The translations under genes and the position numbers were made by a program. Shown here piece by piece: positions 1 through 11,935 of a DNA stretch of 64,000 nucleotides. The first letter of the stretch is position 1, and each line of letters begins with the position of its first letter. The stretch is taken from assembly GCF_963921235.1 (NCBI RefSeq), contig NC_086097.1, positions 60,700,001 through 60,764,000 on the forward strand, in the 5' to 3' direction. Source of the stretch: Mobula hypostoma (taxonomy: Eukaryota). The notes under the pieces were generated by a model. It did not search any database. It saw only the letters and a program-made list of their open reading frames with translations, and had not been told where the DNA came from.

Positions 1-140
1 CAGCTACACTAATACAGCACCCCCCTTATCTGCAGGTTTGAGGGTGAGATTTGGATTAGTGCAAAGAGAATGAAGAGCAGTGCATTGAGAAAAAGTGAGG
101 TTAGAATTGGAGAGAGGAGTAGTAAACGAGATGGTCAATG

Positions 141-256
141 TTGTCTCTCCCCACTAGTCACCCTCCTGGCACTTATCCTTGTGTCTGCCCACCGGTCACC
201 CTCCTGGCACTTATCCTTGTCTCTCCCCACCGTCATCCTCCTGGCATTTATCCTTG
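141..256 (+). repeat. ~38-bp tandem repeat x3 at the 5' junction of the PLE fragment
   Basis: (c/t)cctcctggca(c/t)ttatccttg recurs at 161, 199 and 236 (periods 38 and 37). Confidence 0.9.
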
Positions 257-558
257 CAAGTGGAACAAATGCTACACCTCCTCTCTCATTGGTAAGGTCA
301 TTTACTGGCCTCCTGTATATCAGAAAGACCTGAAGTAGATTGGAATATTACTTCGCCGAGCACCTACACTCTATCTGCTAGAAAAAGTAGACCTTCTGTC
401 CTTTCCTATCAGATTACCACTTCTCTAGCCCTTTATCTCTTTCATCAATTGACCTCCCAACTCTTTAGTTTATTCTTCACCCTCTCCCAGTTTCTCTTTC
501 ACCTACTACCTTCTTCCCTCCCCCCATCTTCTTACTCTGGCTTCTCATCACTTCCCTC

Positions 559-596
559 CAGTTCTGATGAAGGGTCTTGGCCTGAAACATTGACTG
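559..596 (+). ncRNA. Minimal type I hammerhead ribozyme motif (decayed copy)
   Basis: CAGTT-CTGATGA(564-570)-AGGGTCTTGGCCT-GAAA(584-587)-CATT-GACTG. The cleavage-site CGTC seen in other copies is CATT here, consistent with CpG decay. Confidence 0.6.
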
Positions 597-1033
597 TTTA
601 CTCTTTTCCACAGATGATGTCCAGCCTGATGAGTTCCTCCACCATGTTGCATATATTACCTCATTTACAGTGGCATGCAAAAGTTTGGGTACCCCGGTCA
701 AAATTTCTGTTACTGTGAATAGTTAAGTGAGTAGAAGATGAACTGATCTACAAAAGTCATAAAGTTAAAGATGAAACATTCTTTTCAACATTAGTGTATT
801 ATTTTTGTTTTGTACAATTTTAGAGTGAAAAAAAGGAAAGGAGCACCATGCAAAAGTTTGGGCACCCCAAGAGATATGAGCTCTCAGATAACTTTTACCA
901 AGGTCTCAGACCTGAATTAGCTTGTTAGGGCTATGGCTTGTTACAATCATCGTTAGGTAAGGCCAGGTGATGCAAATTTCAAATCTTTACAAATACTCTG
1001 ACTCCTCAAACCTTGTCCCAAAAATCAGCAGCC

Positions 1034-2408
1034 ATGGGCTCCTCTAAGCAGCTGCCTAGCACTCTGAGAATTAAAATAAATGATGCCCACAAAGCAGGAG
1101 AAGTCTATAAGAAGATAGCAAAGTGTTTTCAAGTAGCTGTTTCCTCAGTTAGATTATGAAGACACGCAATCCTCTTTTATTGCCATTTAGTAATGCATGC
1201 ATTGAGAAATGATACAATATTTCCTCCGGTGTGATATCACAAAACACAGGACAGACCAAGACTGAAAAAAACTAACAAAACCACATAATTATAACATATA
1301 GTTACAACAGTGCAACAATACCATATCTTGATGAAGAAGTCCATGAGCACAGTAAAAAGTTCAAAGTCTCTCAAATGTCCCACATCTCACGCAGACGGGA
1401 GAAGGAAGAAAAACTCTCCCTGCCATGCCGACCACAGTCCGACTCTGAGTCATCCGAAAACTCCGAGCCTTCGATCAGCTCTCTGACACCGAATGCTGAG
1501 CGCCACCTCTGTCCGAACGATTCAACCTCAATCTCAATTGCCAACAGCAGGCAAAGCTGGGGAAACTGTGGAAGACCAAGAAAAGTTTCTGAGAGAACTG
1601 CTTGTAGGATTGCTAGGAAGACAAATCAAAACTCCCGTTTGACTGCAAAAGACTTTCAGGAAGATTTAGCAGACTCTGGAGTGGTGGTGCACTGTTCTAT
1701 TGTACAGTGACACCTGCACAAATATGACCTTCATGGAAGAGTCATCAGAAGAAAACCTTTCCTGCGTCCTCACCACAAAACTCAGCATCAGAAGTTTGCA
1801 AAGGAACATCTAAACAAGCCTCATGCATTTTGGAAACAAGTCCTGTGGTCTGATGAAGCTAAAATAGAACTTTTTGGCCGCAATGTGCAAAGGTATGTTT
1901 GGAGAAAAAAGGGTGCAGAATTTCATGAAAAGAACACCACTCCAACTGTTAAGCACGAGGGTGGATCGATCATGCTTTGGGCTTGTGTTGCAGCCAGTGG
2001 CACAGGGAACATTTCACTGGTAGAGGGAAGAATGAATTCAATTAAATACCAGCAAATTCTGGAAGCAAACATCACACCGTCTGTAAAAAAGCTGAAGATG
2101 AAAAGGGGATGGCTGCTACAACAGGATAATGATCTTAAACATACCTCAAAATCCACAATGGACTACCTCAAGAGGCGCAAGCTGAAGGTTTTGTCATGGC
2201 CCTCACAGTCCCCTGACCTAAACTTCATCGAAAATCTGTGGATAGACCTCAAAAGAGCAGTGTATGCAAGATGGCCCAAGAATCTCACAGAACTAGAAGC
2301 CTTTTGCAAGGGAGAATGGGCGAAAATCACCCAAACAAGAATTGAAAGGCTCTTAGCTGGCTACAAAAAGCTGTGGTACTTGCCAAAGGAGGTGTTACTA
2401 AGTACTGA
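1034..2408 (+). pseudogene. Tc1 DD34E transposase, disrupted
   Basis: ATG 1034 MGSSKQLPSTLRIKI (HTH), GRPRK linker, WSDE, QQDND and SPDLNFIE with 34 residues between D and E. Broken by an insertion at 1151-1560, a TGA at 1708 and a frameshift near 2370; probable native stop at 2406-2408. Confidence 0.93.
1151..1560 (-). mobile_element. Non-coding SINE-like retroposon (copy 1), inserted in the Tc1 transposase
   Basis: Highly similar to 34114-34480. The minus-strand 3' end has AATAAA followed by a stem-loop and ATAATCT. Confidence 0.8.
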
Positions 2409-2905
2409 CCATGCAGGGTGCCCAAACATTTGCTTTGGGCCCTTTTCCTTTTTTGTTATTTTGAAACTGTAAAAGATGGAAATAAAAAAGTAATCTTGCT
2501 TAAAATATTAAAGGAATGTGTTATCTTTAACTTTATGCGTTTTGGAAATCAGGTCATCTTTTACTCACTTAGCTGTTCACAGAAATTTTGACCATGGTGC
2601 CCAAACTTTTGCATGCCATGGTACTTATTTATCCTCTCAAACTCCAAGGTATAGGAAGTCAGAGTCACACTGTGTAGAAGTAGGCTCTGCACCCCTCGTG
2701 ACCTGATGACCATTAAGGTCCTACCAATACTCGTTCCACTTGTCAAAATTTGTCTGCAACCAAATTGCTTGTCATCAAATGCTTCGACAGAATTTCCTCA
2801 AAGCCCCCAAAAAAGGTTTAATTAACAGAATAACCCCATGAAATTGATCTGGAGGTGAAATCAGTTTTGCAAACTTGGCAAAGTTGTAGGTCAATATGAA
2901 GGTCA

Positions 2906-3210
2906 GGTTCAAATTCAAGTTCACTGCGTTGTCATTCAACCACACACATGTAAACCACCAAATGAAGCATTACTCCAAACCAAAGTGCACAATACAGTAT
3001 ATGTATCTGACACACAGAACACATAAGGTATTATAACCACAAATAAATTAACAAATATGTTAAGATGAATCAACAATACAACTTGGAATGTAAAATGTAT
3101 AATGCCACTGGCACTTCATTTGTGATGAGACCTGGGAGGTGGCAGGGAATTCAGTAGTCTTATGGCCTGTGGGAGAAAGTTGTTTCCCATCCTAGCAGTC
3201 CCCGTCCTGT
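2906..3210 (-). mobile_element. Rex1/Babar-type LINE 3' fragment
   Basis: Minus-strand translation RMGNNFLPQAIRLLNS resembles the C-terminal SF.P.AI.L.N motif of the Rex1 copies in this window; short repeat tail. Confidence 0.55.
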
Positions 3211-6200
3211 ATTATATACAAAAAAAATTATACAGTACCGAAATCCTTGGTTTTTACCCTTGAGCAAATGTAGCATTATTTCATGAAGGCACACGTAATC
3301 ATTGTCATCTAGACCACACCATTCTGCCTCCAACTTCCTATTGACTCAGGAACAGAGTGCAGTGCTATTGGGAACAAGGGCAGGAACTGGAGAGGGGCGG
3401 GTATGTGGTGATCATAGGGGTGCGGCAAAAACATGTAATTTCCACTGACTTTGCGATACTTATATTGAGAAATTTGCTTGCTAATGCTGCACCACATTAG
3501 ATTGGTCTCGAATCCCTTGAACCTAAGCAATTGAATAAACAACAGTTGAGATGAAGTATAATTTATGGTTTCTTTTTTCATTTAATTGAGTCATTATTGT
3601 GGTATGTTTATTTTCTCGTACTTTTAATTGTTTCTTTCAAAGATTTTATTAACTACCAAAGATAGGTATTTCATTTTTTACTAATATTTCAAAGTTTGCA
3701 AGCCACAACATTCAATCCCATTGATAAGTTTAACCATCTTCGGTGGGGTGGGGAGGCGGGGCACAGCTTAAATGAGGGGGGAGCCTGTTATTTTTGGATT
3801 TGGACCGTTTCCACTCTGCTGGTCCTGCAGATTTTGGGAGCTGATATCCTAACCATAGTCTTCATCAAGGTATCCACTTCAGGTAAGAATGGGTTTCATG
3901 GGCAGGAACTGATGGATAATTTACACAACCACATCTCTCTAATGAACACTGTGAATCTCACTTCCATCAGCTGTCTCACAAGGAACCATTAAACTCCCAT
4001 TTTGAACACATATAATAATGAAATTATGATGTGAAACTATTATAATTTTTCATAAAATGAACAATGGACATTAACCTATTATGTTGGATGGATCACTTGA
4101 AGACATAACCTGCCTTGAAGGGTTCCTGCCACCTTCAGCACTTCAGCACTTATGTGGCTCTGAATGATTAAGCATGTTAGCTCGACAGAATTAAGAGTCC
4201 ACAGTGCACTAATAGGTTATTAGGTCTATTTATTATTCATGGACTTAACCAATAACTTCCCTCCTTATCTCACTCAATCCACATAATATTCCACTCCTTA
4301 CTGGTACATTCAGCTTTTTCTTAAATGCAGCATTAATATTTTCTCCAACTATGCCTTATGACACTATTCCAGTTTTACTATGCTTTGGGAAAAGGATTTC
4401 AGATATGACTTTATTAAATTTACATCTTGGAGTTTCAGAAATGAAAGTTGAACTGGCTTTGCTACTTATTTTCTTTTGAAGGCTTTAGTTAATTTGGTAT
4501 AAAATATTAGTGATGTGAAAAAAAATAGTCTGTTTAAGTTACAGCTATGATTAACTTAAATGGTAAAAGTACTTCTTCATTTTATAAATGGCATCATGAG
4601 AGTTATGTTCTGTGTGACCCAAGGAAAGAGGTTGGAGACAAGATTGTATTAATAGGGTGGTCCTATGTTAAACCATCTGAGAAACATTTGACCAGAGCTG
4701 GTAACCCAGTTAAAATGCCAGTTAAAAGAATTGTATGAGTAGGATGAAGGCTATACTTTATAAATGGCATCTTATTTCATCATGTGCTCATATGCAATAA
4801 TCATATACTGATCTGGAGAAAAGAAAACCAAAGATGATTTTTAATATAGGTGGAAGCAAATGTTGATTTGTAAAGTGTGAAGTGTGAAGCTCAAAGGAAT
4901 AAACACCATGAACATCTAGACAATTCAGCTAAATAGCTGAAAAATTGCAAACAATGATTGCTGCAAATTAATTCTGATTCCACTAAAGTGTTCAGCATCA
5001 TTCAAGCAGATGCAGTGTGGTTCACGTAATTAATCCTCCTAGGCAAGTAAATAGCATTAACTAGAGGATCTGAACATGGATGAAAGCATTAAATTAAAAT
5101 TTAGGCTTTATGGTAATATGTTTGTTGGGAAAATTATGACAGACAGAATTAACTAAATAACTAAATGTTAAATATGGACAAGAACAGTTATGAGGGAGGA
5201 ATGGTCATAAATTACAAGTCTTGGGAAGCAGCAGAATAAATAGCTGAGGCTTTTAAAGATAAAAAGAATGAACAGATATTGACTCAATGGCTTTATGGAG
5301 AACAAAAGCACAAAAGTTGTATCAAATTATAAAGCTCTTGCTAAGTGTTAACTGGACTGTCAGGCCAATTATGCCAGGGTGGTGCAGTCAATTCCACATG
5401 GAACGCACAAAATGTCTGCATTGCTCAACAGCTTCAATATTTTTCTTGACTGCACTTCAGGTGCAGGAAGATTCTGTCAGTGACTTCACTGGAAGAGAAC
5501 AGCAATGTCAGATTAAGACTTACTATTTTTCATTTTCCTTGAAGGCCTTAATTTGAATTCATTGAGATGTTTACAAATAAAAACAGAAAACCACTCAGAT
5601 AGTCAATCAAAATCTGTGGAGGGAGGTGATGCCAGTCGCAGCTGTATATTTCCAGATTTTTTTGCTGTTTTCAGATTTCCACCTTTGGCAATATTTTGCT
5701 TTCCAAATTAAATACATTGAACGGAACAGAACTGAGCTGAAACTGAACGTTCCTTGAGTGTTCTACTGACTTGTGGTTTGATGTTTTATATTTTGCATTT
5801 CTGGCTCGTTATCTTATTGCCATTTGTGGGATTTTTTGTTTTTTTTGCACACTGAGCATTTGATGTTTTTCTTTGAAAAGGCTCCATGGCTGCCTGTGGG
5901 AAGACTGCACACATACTTTGAAATACTTGAGCTTTAAATTACTTGATGCATTCAGTACTGAGTAGACAACTTCAGTTAGTTAAGTAGGATCCCACTCAAC
6001 AGGTTCACAAGTTCAGCAACCATCCCCACATCAGTGTTTATAAGCACATTACAGACCATACCATTTCAGCTCTCCTCTTTCCAATTTTGTTTATATGCTT
6101 CGTGGCAGTGAGGGCCACAAAACATATAACCTTTCTGCACCGTTTGCGTTGTTACAGAGGGACAGGCTTTGCAGCCAACCATCAGGTGGTAAAATATACG

Positions 6201-7642
6201 TAAGAGGCATGGGGCAAGAAAGGTCACTCCCAGCATCAGAGACATCACACCCCCTCGATGGCACAGACTTTGAAACTAACAAAGGGTGAAATTGGAGCAG
6301 ATTGCAGGTTGCCATGCGTTGCCATGGCATCCTGTGACAGAACTAATAAATGATCCTCCAACTAAATGAAACATGGTACAATTAGAATAGCTTGGTAGCT
6401 CTTGACACCCATTCTTTTGTGGAAAATAAACACAGCCATTTTTTTTGTCCTATATAACTCACAAGTTAATTTTGTCCAAGTCATTTCAGAAAATATAATT
6501 TTTTCAGTCAGTCAAAAGTATGTTTTTTTTTAGTCAATCTTCCTATGTCATTTGACAGCATGTTAATGAAGGTTAATAAAAAGAAATCCTACACAGCATG
6601 CATCCTGCAACCTTATGTGGAACTTTACATAGATGCTGAACACATCATCATGTTATAGGAATTGTTTAAAATTTAAAATATGTTAAACACCCTAATTAAT
6701 ATTTATAGTACATAAGCATACATGGATAATATTTTGTTTTGATCGTTTTGAGAACCAGAGCACCAGAACATATAGCCACAAGAGGTTGTGGAGAAAGATA
6801 TTAAGCTTACATACTAAGTCAGGAATCAAAAGGTGGCAATAATGTCCTGAGCTACTTATATTTCAAAGCAAGCAGTACTACAGAAAAGCTGCTTGAGTTT
6901 AGGGGTTGGACCAGCATGTGGAATTATGACATTGTAGACATTAGTAAGAATTGGTTGCAGGAGCAACAGTACTGGCAGCTCAATATTCTGGGCTTCTGTT
7001 GCTTTAGATGTGATAGGACAGGAGGGTTTAAGGGGGAGTGGTGGTATTGCTAGACAGAGAAAATGTCACAGCTGTGCTCAGTCAGGACAGACCGAAGAAC
7101 TCATCCGGTGAGGCTTTATGGATAGAACTGAGGAATAGGATAATTATTACCACGTTAATGGGATTATTTTATAGACCACTCAACAGTCTGCAGGATTTGG
7201 AGGAGCAAATTTGCAGAGAGATCACAGACTGTTCCAAGGATCATAGTTGATTTTAGCTTCCCACACATAGAGATCCTAACTTGGAATTTTGATGGTATCA
7301 GAATGGATTTGGCAAGTATGAATTGGACAAGTTGTTTTCTGGCAAAGGTATACTTGGTAAGTGGAAGACTTTCAAAAGTGAAATCTTGAAAGTAAAGAGT
7401 TTGTATGTTCCTGTCAGAATAAAAAAAAATAACAAGTTTAGGGAACCTTGGTTTTCAAGAGATATTGAGGCCCTGGTTAAGAAAAAGAAGGAACTGCAAA
7501 GCAGACAGGACAAATAGGGTATTTCAGGAGTATCAGAAATGCAAGAGAACACTTAAGGGAATCAGGAGGGCTAAAAGAAGGCATGAGGTTGCTCTAGCAA
7601 ACAAGGTGAAAGAGAATCTTAACAACAGGAATTCTGCAGATG

Positions 7643-7808
7643 CTGGAAATTCAAGCAACACACATCAAAGTTGCTGGTAAACGACTGGAAATTCAAGCAA
7701 CACACATCAAAGTTGCTGGTAAACGACTGGAAATTCAAGCAACACACATCAAAGTTGCTGGTAAACGACTGAAAATTCAAGCAACACACATCAAAGTTGC
7801 TGGTAAAC
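7643..7808. repeat. 42-bp tandem repeat x4
   Basis: CTGGAAATTCAAGCAACACACATCAAAGTTGCTGGTAAACGA starts at 7643, 7685, 7727 and 7769. One mismatch, last unit 2 bp short, no spacers. Confidence 0.97.
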
Positions 7809-8124
7809 ATCGACTTCTCTAACTTCCGTTAGTGCCCCACCTCCCCCTAGTACCCCATCAGTTATTTATTTTTATACATACATTCTTTCTCTCACTCTCC
7901 TTTTTCTCCCTCTGTCCCTTTGACTATACCCCTTGCCCATCCTCTGTTTCCCCCCCCCCGCATTCGTCTTTCTCCCCAGATCTCCTGTCCCATGATCCTC
8001 TCATATCCCCTTTTCCAATCACCTGTCCAACTCTTGGCTCCATCCCTCCCCCTTCTGTCTTCTCCTATCATTTTGGATCTCCCCCTCCCCCTCTCACTTT
8101 CAAATCTCTTACTAACTCTTCCTT

Positions 8125-8166
8125 CAGTTAATCCTGACGAAGGGTCTCGGCTTGAAACGTCGACTG
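8125..8166 (+). ncRNA. Minimal type I hammerhead ribozyme motif
   Basis: CTGACGA(8134-8140)-AGGGTCTCGGCTT-GAAA(8154-8157)-CGTC-GACTG. Core and GUC triplet are intact. Confidence 0.7.
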
Positions 8167-8670
8167 TACCTCTTCCTAGAGATGCTGCCTGGCCTGCTGT
8201 GTTTACCAGCAACTTTGATGTGTGTTGAAAGAGAATCTTAATGGCCTCTACAGATAAATGAAAAGCAAATGGATAGCAAGGGGCAAAATTGCTCCTCTGG
8301 AAGATCAGCTGAAAGAGATGGGGGAAATCTTAAATGGAATTTTTACATCTCTATTTGCTCAGGAGCTAAACACAGAGTCTATTGAAGTGAGGCTAAGCAG
8401 CATGGACCCTATATGGATTAGCGAGGTAGAGGTGTTTGCTGTCATGAGGCAAATTAGGGTGGATAAATCAGCAGGGTCTGACAAAGTGTTCACTTAGACC
8501 CTGTGGGAGGTTAGTGCAGAAATTTCAGGGGCCTTGGCAGAGACATTTAAACATGGGTGAGATGCCAGAGATTTGGAGGATAGCTAATGTTGTTCGCTTA
8601 TTTAAGAAAGGCTCTACGAATAAGCCAAGAAAATTTAGGCCAGTGAGCCTGACATCCGTAGTGGGAATGT

Positions 8671-9501
8671 CAGAATCAGAATCAGAATCAGGTTTATTTT
8701 CACTGGCATGTGTCATGAAATTTGCTAACTTAGCAGTAGCGGTTCAATGCAGTACATAATATAGAGAAAGAGGAAAAATTAATAATAAATAAATAAGTAT
8801 ATCAATTACTGTATAGGTATATTGAATAGATTAAAAACAGTGCAAAGAAACAGAAATAATTTATATTGAAAAAGTGAGGTAGTGTTCATGGGTTCAATGT
8901 CCATTTAGGAATCAGATGACAGAGGGGAGGAAGCTGTTCCTGAATCGCTGTGTGTGTGCCTTTAGGCTTCTGTACCTCCTGTCTGATGGTAACAGTGAGA
9001 AAAGAGCATGCCCTGTATGTTGGAGATCTTTGATAATGAACACTACCTTTCTGAGACACCGCTCCTTGAAGATATCCTGGGTACTTGGTAGGCTAGTACC
9101 CAAGATAGAGCAGACTAAATTTACAACTCTTTCCAGTTTCTTTCAGTCCTGTGCAGTAGCCACCCCACCCCCACCCTCCATACCAGACAGTGATGCAGCC
9201 TGTCAGAATGCTCTCCACAGTACATCTATAGAAGTTTTTGAGTGTATTTGTTGACATACCAAATCTCTCCAAACTCCTAATGAAGTGTAATTGCTGTCTT
9301 GCCTTCTTTATAACTGCATCAATATGTCGGAACCAGGTTAGATCCTCTCAGATCTTGACACCCAGGACCTTGAAACTGCTCACTCTCTCCACTTCTGATC
9401 CCTCTATGAGGACTGGTATGTGTTCCTTCATCTTGCACTTCCTGAAGTCCACAATCAGCTCTTGGGTTTACGGACATTGAGTGCCAAGTGGTTGCTGTGA
9501 C
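8671..9501 (-). mobile_element. Rex1/Babar-type LINE 3' fragment with (TCTGAT)n tail
   Basis: ORF 8912-9103(-) IIKDLQHTGHALFSLLPSDRRYRSLKAHTQRFRNSFLPSVI; (CAGAAT)n on the + strand at 8671-8690; TSD AATGT at 8666-8670 and 9502-9506. Confidence 0.8.
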
Positions 9502-11004
9502 AATGTTATTGAAATGTATTCTAAGGGACCGGATGCATAAGTCTTTGCAAAGACAGGGTCTGTTTTGGGTTAGTCAAAAGGGTTTTTGCATGGGAGGACA
9601 TATAGAGTTTTTTGAGGATGTTACCAGGAAAGTTGATGAAGGCAAGGCGGTGAGTGTTGTTTATGTGGACTTCAGCAAGGCATTTGACAAGGTTCCACAT
9701 GAGAGGTAGGTCAAGAACGTTCAGTCACTTGATATCCAAGATGAGATAATAAATTGGAATGGACAATGGCTTTTCGGGAGAAGCTAGAGAGTGGTAGTAG
9801 ATGGTTGCTTCTCTGATTGGAGGCCTGTGACTAGTGAAGTGCCACAGGGATTGATGCTGAGTCTGTTGTTGTTTATCATCGAAATCAGGATGATGATTTG
9901 CTAAAGTCGATCATCAAATGGGGATGTAGTGCACAGCAAGGATGACTAGCAAAGCTTGCAGCGGGATCTGGACTCGCTGGAAAACTGGGCTAAGAAATGG
10001 CAGATGAAATTCAATGTAGACTAGTGCGTGGTGCTACATTCTGGGAGGATCAACCAGGGTAGGTCTTACACAGTGAGTGGTAAAGCAATGAGGATGTGGT
10101 GGAACAGAAAAACTGAGAATATAGATCCACAATTCCTTGCAAGTGGAGTCACAGGCACTGTAGATAGGGCCATAACAGAAGCTTTTGGTACACTGGCCTT
10201 CATAAATCAATGCATTAAGTATTGCAGTTGGAATGTTAATGTTGAAATTTTTCAAGACATTGTTGAGGCCTAATTTGGAGTATTGTGTCCAGTTTTGGTC
10301 AACTACCTACAGAAAAGATATAAATAGGATTGTAAGATGTAGAGAAAATTTAGAAGGATGGTGCTGGAACTTAAAGGACCTGAGTTATAGGGAATGTTGT
10401 GTAGTTTAGTACTTTGCTCCCTAGAACTTAGAAGGCTAAGTAGACATTTGATAGAAGTATACAAAATTTTGAGGGTATAGATATTGTAAATATAAGCAGA
10501 ACTTCTTCTACTGAGGTTGGGTGTGACTACAACTAGAGGCTATGCGTGAAAGGTGAAATGTTTAAGGGGAACATGAGGGGCATTTCTTCATTCAGAGGCT
10601 GGTGAGAGGGTGGAACAAGCTGCCAGCGGAAGTGGTGGATTCAGGTTTGATTTCAGCATTAAAGAGAAATTTGGATCGGTACATGGATAAAGAAGTATGG
10701 AGGACTATGGTCCAAGTGCAGGTCAATGGGACTAGCTAATGTATTAGTTCCGAGCAGACTAGATAGGTAGAAGGGCCTGTGTCTGTGTTGTACTGTATGA
10801 CTCTATTAAAGAGAATATCTGTGATAGGGGGAGACCAAGAATGTCCAGGTGACACAAACATTTTTGATGTAGTATGACAGATAGTGATCAATGCTCATTA
10901 ATTAGGCCGACCTATCAGGATTAGTATAAATAGAGGGTGGTGGATGAGGGTAGTAAAGAGATAAATAATGTGATCTGTAAGCAGTAGAACAGGTACTTGT
11001 AGGA

Positions 11005-11935
11005 TAACAGAACTAAAGAAAACCTTGACAAAAGTACTCAGTAAATCAGAGAAAAGCAGTGGAGAAAGAAACTCTCGATTGATGTTATCGTTGGATTATC
11101 CTGTTTCATGCATTATTCTCATGCGAATATGAAAGGATAACTAGTTGACTTCTATATTGAGTCATGCTGCAACATGTATGGGTGGAAGATGAGGTATTGT
11201 TCCTCAAACTGAAAGACCGTAAAGCATCAAATAGCTGAGAGGTCAGAGTGGGAGTGAATGGAGAATTGAAGTGACAGAAAATGGGGTCATTTTAGCAGAG
11301 CACAGACAAAATTCTGGAGCAATAATTTGAGCTGATTGATCAGCGGTGTTGAGTGAAGTCATCACCCAATCTGGGCTTAGGTTCTAAAATGTCAAGACCA
11401 CATTGTGAGCACCAAACGCACCACTTGATTGGGGAAGTGTTGGGGGTGGCTGTGGTGTGAAACGAGTGCATTACTGCTTAAAAACTGAAAGTCTGTTTAG
11501 GTCCTTGACTGATGGGAGGTCTACAAAGGAGCTTCCATTTCCCTTTCACTTTATCCTTTATCCAATTCCCACTTCAACCTCCTCAGCTGTTCCAAGAAAT
11601 CCCAATGTAAGTTTGAGGAAGAATACCTATTGTTCTAATTCATCTCTTTCTAAATTACATCCCTCCAGATGGTTCAATTCTGATTAAGAAGCATTCACTA
11701 CCATTGCATAGATAGTATTATCAGTAATTCTGTCACCTAGATAGTCTCTGTATCTACCACTTTACAGATGTATTCTTTGTTGCTTGCACATTCTTGCTGC
11801 TTAACTCACACTTCTTCCATTTTTCCAGTTCTAATGAAAAGTGGAGTTCTTTTTCCCTCCCCACAGATGCTGCCCGAACTACTGAGTGTCTCCAACATGT
11901 GACTTATTTCAGATTTACAACTGCAACAGTTTCCT
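11005..11935. mobile_element. Very old PLE remnants in opposite orientations
   Basis: 11180-11300 (-) and 11530-11930 (+) weakly resemble the GIY-YIG C-terminus and the 'ccacagatgctgcc' 3' end of the other PLEs. Eroded hammerhead-like 'ccagttctaatgaa' at ~11825. Confidence 0.4.

Larger units (their letters stand above)
141..660 (+). mobile_element. Penelope-like element (PLE) 3' fragment, degenerate
   Basis: 'ctcctggcatttatccttgcaagtggaacaaatgctacacc' matches the zinc-knuckle/GIY-YIG region of the PLE at ~15240-15290. It is followed by a pyrimidine-rich tract and the hammerhead motif seen in the other PLE copies. The Tc1 starts just after it, at 668. Confidence 0.7.
668..2621 (+). mobile_element. 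Full-length Tc1/mariner DNA transposon, IR/DR type
   Basis: TA at 666-667 and 2622-2623. Left end CAGTGGCATGCAAAAGTTTGGG; right end CCCAAACTTTTGCATGCCATGG. Long (~200 bp) imperfect TIRs, with the outer motif repeated internally at ~847-868 and ~2416-2433. Confidence 0.95.
7623..8225 (+). mobile_element. Short non-autonomous PLE insertion with inverted 3' copy and 16-bp TSD
   Basis: TGAAAGAGAATCTTAA at 7607-7622 and 8226-8241. 8201-8227 is the exact reverse complement of CAACACACATCAAAGTTGCTGGTAAAC at the left end. Hammerhead core at 8134-8166. Confidence 0.88.
6845..10805 (+). mobile_element. CR1 LINE, decayed ORF2 (APE endonuclease + RT), interrupted twice
   Basis: Remnants WNYDIV, EALWIELRN, FYRPLNS, FRPVSLTSVVG and YVDFSKAFDKVPH, then a CR1 3' UTR. 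Interrupted at 7623-8225 and 8671-9501. Confidence 0.9.

Noticed and set aside
6066..6248. Cys/His pattern CKAC...FCGPHCHEAY resembling a zinc-finger exon
   Set aside because: No clear splice acceptor or donor framing it and no family I can recognise; likely chance.
7643..7808. CRISPR-like array of 42-bp repeats
   Set aside because: Units are head-to-tail with no spacers, there are no cas genes, the context is eukaryotic, and the unit is the inverted PLE 3' end.
7619..7822. Repeat-protein ORFs (LEIQATHIKVAGKR)n and (FTSNFDVCCLNFQS)n
   Set aside because: They result from translating a 42-bp unit that is a multiple of three.
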